NCBI RefSeq assembly: GCF_009914755.1
Contig: NC_060937.1
DNA: 64,000 nucleotides
Source: the human T2T-CHM13v2.0 reference genome, Homo sapiens
Reading direction: 5' to 3' (one strand)
Below, one piece after another: positions 30,001-45,405 of this stretch. The translations under genes and the position numbers were made by a program. How positions within the stretch are numbered: the stretch's first letter is position 1; every line of letters begins with the position of its first letter. The notes under the pieces are model-generated. The model saw only the letters and a list, made by a program, of their open reading frames with translations, did no database searches and had not been told where the DNA came from.

Positions 30001-30520
30001 AACCCAGCAGCAGTGTTCTGGAATCCTATGTGAGGGACAATCATTCAGACCACAGCTGGAGTGTTCTGGAATCCTACTTGTGGGACAAGCATTCAGACCC
30101 TCGTAGCATTGTTCTGTAATCCTATGTTAGGAAATCACATTCAGAACACAGCAGGAGTGTTCTGGAGTCCTATGTGAGGGACAAAGATTCAGACCCTCAT
30201 AACAGTGTTCTAGAATCTTATGTGAGGTACAAACATTCAGACCCCCCTAGCAGTGTTCTGGAATTGTATGTGAGGGACAAACACTCAGAACCCAGCAGCA
30301 GTGTTCTGGAATCTTATCTGACGGACAAATATTCAGACTAGGGGAGGAGTGCTCTAGAACCCTGTGTGAGGTACAATCATTCAGACCGCAGCAGGACTGT
30401 TCTGGAATCATATGTGAGGGGCAATCATTCAGACCACAGCTGATGTGTTCTGGAATCCTACGTGTGGGACAGGCATTCAGACCCTCGTAGCATTGTTCTG
30501 GAATCCTATGTTAAGAAAAT
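1..30520. repeat. CER-type 48-bp tandem satellite array (~635 diverged monomers, one orientation; continues past the window start)
   Basis: Continuous 48-bp period with consensus gtgagggacaaacattcagaccccagcagcagtgttctggaatcctat. ORF translations repeat every 16 aa (VRDKHSDPSSSVLESY). Unit length and sequence match the primate CER/D22Z3 satellite as I recall it. Confidence 0.93.
22950..22993 (+). mobile_element. 44-bp extremely 5'-truncated L1 tail insertion in CER
   Basis: A-rich insert containing aagtataataataataaa (L1PA 3' terminus plus tail), flanked by a 9-bp direct repeat agaaacata (22941-22949 and 22994-23002) at a tt|agaa site. Confidence 0.7.
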
Positions 30521-30615
30521 ACAAATGTAAGGCTGAAAGCTGTAAAACTCCTACACAAAAATATAAGGGAAAAATATGCAACGTTATGCCATTGAATTTG
30601 GCAGTGGGATCTTGA
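30521..30615 (+). mobile_element. Old L1M ORF2 fragment at the satellite boundary
   Basis: aaatgtaaggctgaaagctgtaaaactcctacacaaaaatataaggg...gaatttggcagtgggatcttga resembles L1 aaatgtaagacctgaaactataaaactcctagaagaaaacatagg...tttggcaatgatttcttg. Confidence 0.65.
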
Positions 30616-31119
30616 CTGCCAGCTGCCCCACATCCCTGGAACATCCATCCGCTCACCGCTGCCGGGTGCTGGGTCCTTCCACACCTGTCACGCTACTTTG
30701 TGAGGGGCTCTGAGGGGCACCAGCCAGGACCCCATGCTGAGCACAGGGCACAGGCCGGGCATTGTCAGGCTATTCGCTGGCAGGCTATCCCCATGCCCGC
30801 CTCAGACGCCAGGAGGAAGGGCGGCCTGATCCGAGCCTGCGGAAGGAGGAAGAAGCACGTTTCCTGAGCCAACAGGGACACAGAGGCGGATGCCATAAAA
30901 TTATATGGCATATATTTTGAAACATGGCCGCAATTTGAATAATTAGAATATCTAAAAACTCCAAAGATTATTATGCTGAAACGGCACCAAAAATTATCAT
31001 TCCAGTGACTACAGGGAATTTTTAATAGTTGCTATTTTTATAATAAAATTAAACTTTAATGAAATAACTGACTTTCAAACTTCAGCAAGAGGACAAATAT
31101 TCAGCCAGAGATATCAGTT

Positions 31120-31505
31120 CCCAGTTTCTGCTCCGGGTCTTCTCTGGTCTTCCACAGCCCCTCCTGCATCACCCAAGGCTAAAGGGCCACGTGGCCTGGC
31201 CTGAATCCCCTCGTCCCTCCGCTTCCCCACTCAGCTCCTTCAGCGCCCTCCTGAGGCAGGGGCGGCAAACTGTCCAGAGCTGGAGGCTCCCTCGACCAGG
31301 GCAGCACCGCTCCGCCCCTCTCCGCACTTGCCCAGCCCCTGGCAAAGGACGTGCCTGGGCCTGGCCCACTGCACGTCCCCCAACGCCTGCCCTGTGCCTG
31401 CAACGGCGACGCTGCCAACAAGAGGTGCCAGAGGCTGAGGCGCAACCTCCCCAGAGCGCAGGGTTCCCACTCACCTGGGAGTAGGGACACGCCCCTCCTG
31501 GTAGG
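31120..31505. promoter_or_regulatory. GC/CpG-rich island-like segment (possible promoter or first-exon relic)
   Basis: High GC with many CpGs; GC boxes (ggggcgg ~31259, ccgcccc ~31312); palindromic E-box ggccacgtggcc 31185-31196; consensus minus-strand donor CAG|GTGAGT at 31477-31469. Confidence 0.35.
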
Positions 31506-32195
31506 TTGTACTGTTAAGATTATTTCCTTATTTATTTTACTTAAAACTGGTAGAATGTTACTATTATATGACGTACCCATGATTCTGCCAGTAAATTTGG
31601 GCATACGTTTATTAGTTTTTGTTAGATTAACTAGTTCTTTTGTTTCTGTTATTAAGGTGAAATTTAAATTCTATCTGAAATCAGTAAGATACAGAGAGAT
31701 TTTAATGAGAAGTGAGTATTTTTTTCTAAAGGGGAACTGATATCTCTGGCTGAATATGTGTCTTCTTGCTGAAGTTTGAAAGTCAGTTATTTTATTAAAG
31801 TTTAATTTTACTATAAAAATAACAACTATTAAAAATTCCCTGTCATCATTGGAAGGATAAATTTTGGTGCAGTGTTAGTATAACAATATTTCGAATTTTT
31901 AAATGTTCTAATTATTCAAATTGTGGTCATGCTTTAAAAATATATGCCATAGAAGTTATGTTATTTTAAAATACCATTCTTTATTATGGGAAGAAGCAGT
32001 AAATTCACCTTAACCGTAGCAGACTCTAGAGCTGGCTAAAACACCCTTTAGAGGTTAAATTGTAATGAGGTAGACCATCAATGCAAAAAACAGTTTTTTT
32101 AGTTGTTCCGCTACCTGTGCAAAACTTATTAGAAGAATGTTCAGAAATTAAAATCTGTGTTTGTTAAGACTTGTTTCTGCTGGGGGTTTTAGAAT

Positions 32196-32315
32196 GTAAT
32201 AAAAGCTATAAATAAAATTCTAAGCCCCGTATCAACTGAACATACTTCCTCTTGAGCAAGAAGACCCCAGAAAAAAACTTAAAAACTGAATTTCTCGCTA
32301 TGACAGCAAGAGAGG
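32196..32315 (+). mobile_element. MER4-group (ERV1) LTR, 5' part, interrupted by an ERV
   Basis: aaataaaattctaagcccc...caactgaac...ccccagaaaaaaacttaaaaactgaattt resembles the MER4-family LTR start; the sequence resumes at 36211. Confidence 0.6.
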
Positions 32316-32805
32316 TGTTATGTGCAGGAGATGCTCCAGAGAAGAAGAAAACACACACACACACAATACCTTTAAAGGTCAACAAACTCGATCCCACATA
32401 AATGGCAATTCAGATATAATAAGCAAATGATAGAATAAGCAAATTGATACAATAAGCAAATTGCAGTGGGAAGGGGAGAAGGAAAAAAATGTGTGTATAT
32501 ATATATATATATATATGAGGATAGACTACGGAGGATTCATCACCAGACCGAGAAGCAACAGCCTGGGCTCCAGAGTCAGCCACTCATCCATGCACAAAGG
32601 AACACAAAAAGGTCAATTTGCTTTTGCCGTTGTCTGTTGTTTTTCAATAACTAAAGTATAGGAATAGATTGAAATAGAGATTTCTCTGAAACAGTGCTGG
32701 ATGAATGCCTCAAGGGGCTCACAAAACCTATTCCGAGACTTGGTGACCATTATTTGTGTCCATGTTCAATTGAGTTTAAATATATTATTTAACTTTTTCT
32801 GCGTA
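32316..32805 (-). mobile_element. 3' LTR of class III ERV (LTR66-like) with a ~100-bp internal deletion
   Basis: Reverse complement aligns to the LTR at 59463-60059 (ataagcaaat repeats, cacacacaatacctttaa, U3 end aactttttct). The segment equivalent to ~59675-59780 is missing near 32597. Confidence 0.75.
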
Positions 32806-35800
32806 TTCGGTCCCAATTGATACTCAAATGTAGGAAAATACCCTTACAGATATACGAGGAATACATAATTGGTAGAGGTTACAGAAGCAGGGTAAGCAGA
32901 GGAGAATTAAAACACAGTTAATAAAAACCGCACCCACCAAGGCCAACGCCAATGCCAGTTGGACAGCCAATTCATGATGGGGTCCTGACAGTTAGATTTT
33001 GTTTTGCTTGTCCTTGCATGTCTTGGGCGAGGAGAGTAATATTGTGAGAACTGTCAGGGATACACACACAAAATTCAGTATGCAGCAAGGCTGAAACGCT
33101 CCTTGGGCTGCGGTAAGCATACCTAATGCCATTTGATTTTGCAACACAACAGTACACAACTGAGCAAATTCCTCTGATAACAACATAAGTCCAGTGCTAC
33201 TACCATTAAGAGCTTTTTCTCCATGTAAGCTTAATATTTAAATTTTTTGCTGAAGCAGAATTGTATCAGTGGCAGAGGAGAACACTGTTATAGGGTTCAC
33301 CCCATCAGGGATTCTGGCGCATTTGTAACCAGTGATGTTTGGAAGCATCTAGATTTAGGAAAGAGGTTGTGTTTCATTGGGGACAATGCTGTTGATTTGG
33401 AGTATGTGTTGACAATTGTCTGGTGGGAGAAACCCCAGAGTAACATTAAAAGAGCCATTTAAGGCCTCCAGACAAAGGGGGGGTGCGGTGCCATATGGAG
33501 TTCAGCTACCGGTATGGTAGGTTCCCTGTATATGTCTTTCCAGGTATATTGGGTAGGATACAAAGGCCTTTGATGCATTGCAAAAGTGGATTTCTCCTTT
33601 TGTCAGACTTGGGCAAAAATAGACTCTTTGATTTGGTTAAAAGAAGTCCAGGTGGGATTACAGGTGCTATTCTCCTGACCGCCTTGGTAGTGATGTAACC
33701 ACTTGGAAATGTTGGCAGAGACAATTTTTTAAGGGAGCCCATTCCCTGCAGCCTGTGGCAATTCGACTAATAGGCAGCACTAACTGCAGTTGACTTCTTT
33801 TGCAGCGGTGGCTACTCAGTTGCTAAATGCATTCTTGGCCTCAGACACAAAGAAGCAGGTGCTGACCATCATTCGATAGGCTATTCCTTTTAATAACAAA
33901 AACAGAGGGGAACATAACATTGTTTTTAAAATTTTACTACTCCCCTCATTTCCTGCCCCCATACTGTGGCCCCAGGATTTAAGCTGCCCACTTTGGTGGA
34001 CCCAAATCCTCCAGTTCTATATGATGTTCCTATTGGGGCAGAAATTTCCTCGGGGGTTAATTGGTGACACGGTACTACCAGTAGCTGAGCAATCTGCATC
34101 TGTGGCTTTATGGCAAAAGAATTTTCGGTGGTATTGTGTTAAAAGATTTTTAACTCTCACCGGTAATCACTATCAATTACACCACCATACACTATAATGC
34201 CTCTCATTCCAATGCTTGGACGTGTGGTAATCCATTCATCCACATTTGAGTTTGCAGTTATGGTGGAAATTTTGGCCTGTTGACCTGCCTGCTGATTAAT
34301 TAGTCTGCCAAGAGAAAGCAGAGATGCATGAGCATCAACATAACAGTGTTAATGGTAGGGTGCACAGGGATTCAGATATCTTCCCTGTATTCTTTCCCCA
34401 AACCTCTTTATTCCCAATTAACCATTTGCCTCATTGCCACTGAGGCATCTAGGTAGTAAGACCATTTGCTACTGACCAAGAGTTGGTATACAAGTGTCAA
34501 ATCCCTCTGGCCTTCTTCTGAATAGCTGGGAAGATGGCTACTAGCTCAGCCAGCTGGCTGCTCCCATCCCTTCCTTCATCAGAAATACTTATGTTTTTAA
34601 CAGGATTATAAGCCACGGCCTCCCCGCATCGGGTCCCACCAATGTATTTGGCAGATCCATCAGTAAACCAAGCATGTTTCTGATGCTTTGGATGAGGCAG
34701 GTCTCTTTCCCTGCCTGCAGGACTTGTTCGGTGGCTTTCTGAGTTGGCAAATTTTTTAAAAACGATACCCCCTTTGGTCCTGGCTTTGCCCTATCTTGTA
34801 TATACCATTCCATTATGTGATGCTACTTTCTTCAGCATGCCCTATTCGATGGGTTTTGGTGGACCTCATGACCCAAGTCATAATAGGAATTTCAGGCCTT
34901 ATGAAGACATCATGGTTGAAACAGAGAGTTTCCATTTCCAGCAAAGCCTGATAGCAAGCTAACAGTCCCTTCTCAAAAGGATTATAAGCTTCGCCAGCCT
35001 CTGGCAGCTTCCGGGTTTGAAACCCCAAGAGTCCCCTCTTCCCATCTTGTTTCTGCCAAAGGCTCCAATTAACATGTTAATCCAGGACAGTTGTTTGCAA
35101 TTCTACTGGCCCATCCCATATGGGCCATCCAGGGCCAGATGCACTGCTTGCTTAGCTTGCTCAAAGGCTGTGTTCTCTTTCTACCTCCAGTGAAAGTCAT
35201 TACATTTTCTAGTGACTGCATACAGAGGTTGTGAGATGTTACCCAAATCGCTAAGATTCTCCAGAATTCAAAGAAGCCAATAAATTTCTGGGCCTCCTTT
35301 TTAGTGGTAGGGGTTGCAAATTCTAGTATTTTAACCATAGCCTTTGGTAAAATGGACTTTTTCCTTGCGTTCCATGGGATGCAAAGCAATTTTATAGTTT
35401 GTGCAGGTTCTTGAAATTTGTAAAGGCTAATTTCCCATTCTTCAGATAGGAACTGGGTTTTTACCCACTCCAAGCCCCAGCTGACTCGTTCTTCAGTTTT
35501 ACCCTGACCACACTACTTGCACAGCTGTTTTTTTCATCAATAATCTGTTAGCTTTGAGCCTGATCAGTCAAGACATAGGCCTGAAATTGAGCCAGGGCCA
35601 GTCTGGAAGTCAGAGTAGTGTTTTCTTTTTCCAGCTTACATTTATCTTGTAGCAATTGATTTCTATCTCAACACATTAACTTATGAGCAGTAAGCAAGCA
35701 CCATCTATGCTAAGAGATCCCCCTGGCATCTCCTTTGCTGACTGAAATCCCCTGCAGCACTTCATGCACAGTCTAAGGTTCAAATTCCACTAATTTAGAT

Positions 35801-35901
35801 ACCCAATTTTCACTAAGGTCAGTTCCCCCCGACCATTCAATTGCCAAGAGGGAGAACTGGAGGAGTTTCTATCCTGGAATGTGGGAAGTCCCTGAGCTTC
35901 C
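32806..35901 (-). mobile_element. Class III ERV internal region (HERVL66/HERV-S-like): truncated gag, RT C-term/RNase H, dUTPase remnant, env remnant
   Basis: Minus-strand translations give RT (KILEFATPTTKKEAQKFIGFFEFWR), tether (YNPFEKGLLACYQALLEME), dUTPase motifs (GGVIDSDYR*E, IAQLLVVP at ~34070-34190) and an env TM immunosuppressive domain (VVLQNQMALGMLTAAQG at ~33100-33155). Many stops and frameshifts. Confidence 0.8.
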
Positions 35902-35924
35902 AGCAGTGATCTTGAAGCTGAAAA

Positions 35925-36210
35925 GTGAATCCTCCATAGTCTGGTGGGTGTAGTAGCCAACTCTGGAGCCTAGGCTGTTGCTTCCCCATCTGGCCATGAA
36001 TGCTGTATAGTCTGGTGAGTACATATACATAGATATAGATATAGATAGATAGATACATACATACATAGATATAGATAGATAGATAGATAAAAATATAGAT
36101 ATAGATATAGATATCTGCAATGCCATTTACATGGGATAAAAAGTTGTTTACCCTGAAAGGTATTGTGTGTGTGTCTTTTCTTCTTCCATCAGCATCTCCC
36201 ACACAGAACA
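35925..36210 (+). mobile_element. Inverted 3'-half (R/U5) LTR66-like fragment capping the ERV
   Basis: Matches ~59790-60059 in the plus orientation and ends ...cacagaaca at 36210. Contains a (GATA/TA)n expansion at ~36022-36113. Confidence 0.75.
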
Positions 36211-36514
36211 GGAGGAGACAGACAGGCCTTGTTACACACCTGTTTGCTGTTGTACCTCTGTTTGCTCTTTAGGTACAACAAATCATCAGCACTAATGTTA
36301 AAATAGAGATCATAAGACTGACAAAACTGACTCTGTGGCAATATAATACCAAATTATTGTCACAATTTAAGGCAGTGCAAGACAAGTGTTAAGCCATGCC
36401 TGCAGGTCAGCAATCTTGCTACATAGCATCCCTATCTCCACTTAAGAGTTAAAACTTTTATATCTGCTGACTCCAAGTTTTAGATAGAACATTACCCCTT
36501 TAACAGTTAAGCAA
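36211..36514 (+). mobile_element. MER4-group LTR, continuation
   Basis: aaaatagagatcataagactgacaaaactgactctgtggcaatataataccaaattat is MER4-family LTR sequence, collinear with 32196-32315. Confidence 0.6.
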
Positions 36515-36749
36515 GAGGGAGGAGCCAAGATGGCCGAATAGTAACAGCTCCGGTCTACAGCTCCCAGCCTGAGCGACGCAGAAGACGGGTGATTTCTGCA
36601 TTTCCATCTAAGGTACCGGGTTCATCTCACTAGGGAGTGCCAGACAGTGGGCGCAGGCCAGTGGGTGAGCGCACCGTGCGCGAGCCGAAGCAGGGCGAGG
36701 CATTGCCTCACTTGGGAAGCGCAAGGGGTCAGGGAGTTCCCTTTCCAAG

Positions 36750-36965
36750 TCAACGAAAGGGGTGACGGACGCACCTGGAAAATCGGGTCACTCCCACCCG
36801 AATATTGCGCTTTTCACACTGGCTTAAAAAACGGCGCACCACGAGATTATATCCCACACCTGGCTCGGAGGGTCCTACGCCCACGGAATCTCGCTGATTG
36901 CTAGCACAGCAGTCTGAGATCAAACTGCAAGGCGGCAGCGAGGCTGGGGGAGGGGCGCCCGCCAT
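36750..36965 (-). CDS. L1 antisense ORF0 (71 aa, intact)
   Basis: ATG at 36965 reads MAGAPPPASLPPCSLISDCCASNQRDSVGVGPSEPGVG...RCVRHPFR, matching primate L1 ORF0. Confidence 0.85.
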   Translation of the reverse strand: MAGAPPPASLPPCSLISDCCASNQRDSVGVGPSEPGVGYNLVVRRFLSQCEKRNIRVGVTRFSRCVRHPFR

Positions 36966-37408
36966 TGCCCAGGCTTGCTTAGGTAAACAAAGCAGCCGGG
37001 AAGCTCGAACTGGGTGGAGCCCACCACAGCTCAAGGAGGCCTGCCTGCCTCTGTAGGCTCCACCTCTGGGGGCAGGGCACAGACAGCAGTAACCTCTGCA
37101 GACTTAAATGTCCCTGTCTGACAGCTTTGAAGAGAGCAGTGGTTCTCCTAGCATGCAGCTGGAGATCTGAGAACCGGCAGACTGCCTCCTCAAGTGGGTC
37201 CCTGACCCCTGACCCACGAGCAGCCTAACTGGGAGGCACCCCCCAGCAGGGGCACACTGACACCTCACACGGCAGGGTATTCCAACAGACCTGCAGCTGA
37301 GGGTCCTGTCTGTTAGAAGGAAAACTAACAAAGAGAAAGGACATCCACACCGAAAACCCATCGGTACATCACCATCATCAAAGACCAAAAGTAGATAAAA
37401 CCAAAAAG

Positions 37409-38422
37409 ATGGGGAAAAAACAGAACAGAAAAACTGGAAACTCTAAAACGCAGAGCACCTCTCCTCCTCCAAAGGAACGCAGTTCCTCACCAGCAACGGA
37501 ACAAAGCTGGATGGAGAATGACTTTGACGAGCTGAGAGAAGTCTTCACACGATCAAATTACTCTGAGCTACGGGAGGACATTCAAACCAAAGGCAAAGAA
37601 GTTGAAAACTTTGAAAAAAGTTTAGAAGAATGTATAACTAGAATAACCAATACAGAGAAGTGCTTAAAGGAGCTGATGGAGCTGAAAACTAAGGCTCGAG
37701 AACTACGTGAAGAATGCAGAAGCCTCAGGAGCCGATGCGATCAACTGGAAGAAAGGGTATCAGCAATGGAAGATGAAATGAATGAAATGAAGCTAGAAGG
37801 GAAGTTTAGAGAAAAAAGAATAAAAAGAAATGAACAAAGCCTCCAAGAAATATGGGACTATGTGAAAAGACCAAATCTACGTCTGATTGGTGTACCTGAA
37901 AGTGATGGGGAGAATGGAACCAAGTTGGAAAACACTCTGCAGGATATTATCCAGGAGAACTTCCGCAATCTAGCAAGGCAGGCCAACGTTCAGATTCAGG
38001 AAATACAGAGAACGCCACAAAGATACTCCTCGAGAAGAGCAACTCCAAGACACAAAATTGTCAGATTCACCAAAGTTGAAATGAAGGAAAAAATGTTAAG
38101 GGCAGCCAGAGAGAAAGGTCGGATTACCCTCAAAGGGAAGCCCATCAGACAAACAGCGGATCTCTCGGCAGAAACCCTACAAGCCAGAAGAGAGTGGGGG
38201 CCAATATTCAACATTCTTAAAGAAAAGAATTTTCAACCCAGAATTTCATATCCAGCCAAACTAAGCTTCATAAGTGAAGGAGAAATAAAATACTTAACAG
38301 ACAAGCAAATGCTGAGAGATTTTGTCACCACCAGGCCTGCCCTAAAAGAGCTCCTGAAGGAAGCACTAAACATGGAAAGGAACAATCGGTACCAGCTGCT
38401 GCAAAATCATGCCAAAATGTAA
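37409..38422 (+). CDS. L1 ORF1p (337 aa, open)
   Basis: MGKKQNRKTGNSKTQS...coiled coil...REKG...YPAKLS...QNHAKM; uninterrupted and about one codon shorter than the 338-aa L1HS protein. Confidence 0.95.
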   Translation: MGKKQNRKTGNSKTQSTSPPPKERSSSPATEQSWMENDFDELREVFTRSNYSELREDIQTKGKEVENFEKSLEECITRITNTEKCLKELMELKTKARELREECRSLRSRCDQLEERVSAMEDEMNEMKLEGKFREKRIKRNEQSLQEIWDYVKRPNLRLIGVPESDGENGTKLENTLQDIIQENFRNLARQANVQIQEIQRTPQRYSSRRATPRHKIVRFTKVEMKEKMLRAAREKGRITLKGKPIRQTADLSAETLQARREWGPIFNILKEKNFQPRISYPAKLSFISEGEIKYLTDKQMLRDFVTTRPALKELLKEALNMERNNRYQLLQNHAKM

Positions 38423-38470
38423 AGACCATCGAGACTAGGAAGAAACTGCATCAACTAACGAGCAAAATAA

Positions 38471-42312
<3,842 letters not shown>

Positions 42313-43043
42313 ACAATGAGATCCCATGGACACAGGAAGGGGAATATCACACTCTGGGGACTGTTTTGGGGTGGGGGGAGGGGGGAGGGATAGCATTGGG
42401 AGATATACCTAATGCTAGATGACGAGTTAGTGAGTGCAGCACACCAGCATGGCACATGTATACATATGTAACTAACCTGCACAATGTGCACATGTACCCT
42501 AAAACTTAAAGTATAATTTAAAAAAATAAAAAAATAAAAAATAAAACAACTGCCCATTTTACCATCTCTTCAGTCCTTGACAAGCACCATTCTAACTTTT
42601 TTTTCCTATGAGTTTGTCTACTTAAGATATCTGATTATGAATGGAATCATAGAGTGTCACTTTGTTCCTGGCTTATTTCAATTAACATGATCTTCTCCAG
42701 AATTATCATATAATGTGTCTTTTTAAAGACTGAATAATATTCGACTTTGTGTATGTGCCACTTGTTCTTAATCTGTTCATTGGTCAAGGGACATCTGGAT
42801 TGTTTCTGCCTTTTGGCTTGTGTTAATAATATTGCAATAAATTTGGTTGTGCAAATATCTCTTCCAGATCTGCGTTGTATATTTTAAGTACATAGCCAGA
42901 AGGGGGTTTGCTGGATTATATAATAATCTCATTTTAAATTTTTTGAAGAGCTGTCATACTATTTTAAATATCGGCTTGAGGCCATAGATTATTGTGACTT
43001 TGCTCTGCATTTTTCTAGAAGAGTGATGTCGAGTATCCTTTTA

Positions 43044-43661
<618 letters not shown>

Positions 43662-43830
43662 TCATTTCAAACATTTACCATTCTAAATCAAGTTATTAAC
43701 ATTTTGTTGTTGTTGAATTTTAGGAGTTTATATCTTTTGGAAATTAACACCTACCAAATATGTGATTAGAAAATATTTTTACACTTTTTTGTTATATGTA
43801 TGTATGTATGCACATATATTACCCTATACA

Positions 43831-43944
43831 AGACAGGGTCTTGATATATTTTCATGGCTAGTCTCAAACTTTTGGCCTCAAATGATCGTTCTGACTTGGC
43901 CTCCTAAATTTCTAGAATTATAGGCATGAGCCAGCATGCCCAGG
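43831..43944 (-). mobile_element. Diverged Alu left monomer (FLAM-like)
   Basis: agacagggtct...tctcaaacttttggcctcaaatgatc...ggcatgagcc. Confidence 0.65.
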
Positions 43945-44598
43945 TTTCACCCACTTATTAGGTGACATTTGTATGCCACTAAATGTTTTCCTTGATGTGT
44001 AGAATACTTGAAGGTTAATGTAGTTCCTTTCTTTTTTGTTCTTTTCCTTGTTTCTTATGAATTTGATGTCATACTTAAGCAAAGTTTTAAGACTTACGTC
44101 ATAAACTTTTCCCCTATGTTTACTTCTAAGAATTTTATTAGTTTTTATGTTTAAGCATTAAATCCATTAAAAAACAACTTTTCTTTTTATATATAATACA
44201 AAAGAAGCGTCCAACTTTATTTTTGCTCTGTAAACATTCAATTTTGAAAATTCTTTGTTAAAGAGATTCTTATTTTTCTATTGCATGGTCATGGAAAGCA
44301 TATGGAAGATTATTTTATCACGTATGCAAGGGTTTATTTCCAGGATGTCTATTCTGTTTCATCATCTATGTATCCGTTTTTGTGGCAATACCATATTGTT
44401 TTTATTTTTGTAGCTTTGTATCATGATTTTAAATCAGAAAATGTAATAACTCTTTGTCCTTTTTAAAGGGTGTTTGCCTAGTCACAGTTCCTAAACAACT
44501 TTTAGAATTATACACAAAAATTCTGCAAAAAAAATACCATTGGGATTTAGATGAAAATTACATTACATTTTTATATCATCATGGGTAATACTGACAAC

Positions 44599-44895
44599 TT
44601 TTTTTTTTTCCTTTGGAGATGGAGTTTTAGTGAGTCACTCAGGCTGAAGGGCAGTGGTGTGAGCTGTGCTCACTGCAAGCTCTGCTTCCCATGTTCAAGA
44701 AATTCTCCAGTCTCAGCCACCAGAGTAGCTGGGATTACAGTCATGCACCAACATGTATAGCTAACTTTTGTATTTTTAGTAGAGATAGGGTTTTGCCATG
44801 TTGGCCAGGCTAGTCTCAAACTTCTGATCTCAAGTGATCCACACACTTTGGCCTCCCAAAGTCCTGGGATTACAGGCGTGAGTCACGCGCCGGCC
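44599..44895 (-). mobile_element. Full-length Alu (J/S age)
   Basis: PolyT start, dimeric Alu ending cgcgccggcc, approximate TSD ctgacaactt/ctgacatctt. Confidence 0.9.
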
Positions 44896-45294
44896 CTGAC
44901 ATCTTAACAATATTAAATCACCTGACACTTGAGCAAGACTATATGTAAGATTTTGCTTAATTTCCTCTTATTTACGTATCTGAAACATTTTCTTGCTTTT
45001 GATTTCTAGTTTCATTTACATTGCATGACTTCAGTTTTCTTAAATTTAATAAGACATGTATCCTAACAGAATGTACCATGTGTGATTGAGAATATTGCAT
45101 ATTTTGCTGCTTTCGATCACAGAGTTCTGTAAATGCTTGTTAGGTCTATAATGTTCAGGTTTGGCTTTCTTACTGATATTACATCTGACTATTCTAGTCA
45201 TTATTGAAAGTGGAGTCTTGAAGTCCGCAATTGTTGTGTTGCTATATATTTCTTGCTTGACTTCTGTCAATATTTGTTTTACATATTTGAAAGA

Positions 45295-45405
45295 CGAGAA
45301 TCAGTTGAACCTGGGAGGCGGAGGTTGAAGTGAGCCAATCGCGAGATCGTGCCATTGTCCTCCAGCCTGGGAGACAGAAACTCTATCTCCAAAAAAAAAA
45401 AATAA
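45295..45405 (+). mobile_element. Alu 3' fragment
   Basis: gagaatcagttgaacctgggaggcggaggttg...tccagcctggg followed by an A tail. Confidence 0.8.

Noticed and set aside
1-30520. Many ORFs in the satellite as real genes
   Set aside because: They follow from the 16-codon period, overlap on both strands, often use non-ATG starts and break at random stops and indels.
1-30520. CRISPR-like array (conserved cagtgttctggaatcc alternating with more variable sequence)
   Set aside because: The variable parts are homologous to each other rather than unique spacers, there are no cas genes, and the context is primate.
31169-31740. Overlapping GC-rich ORFs as a protein-coding exon
   Set aside because: No recognisable domain; open frames are expected at this GC content.
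32490-36115. (TA)n at ~32496 and (GATA)n at ~36022 as independent features
   Set aside because: Both are expansions of the TA-rich tract native to this LTR, which is also seen at ~59866.
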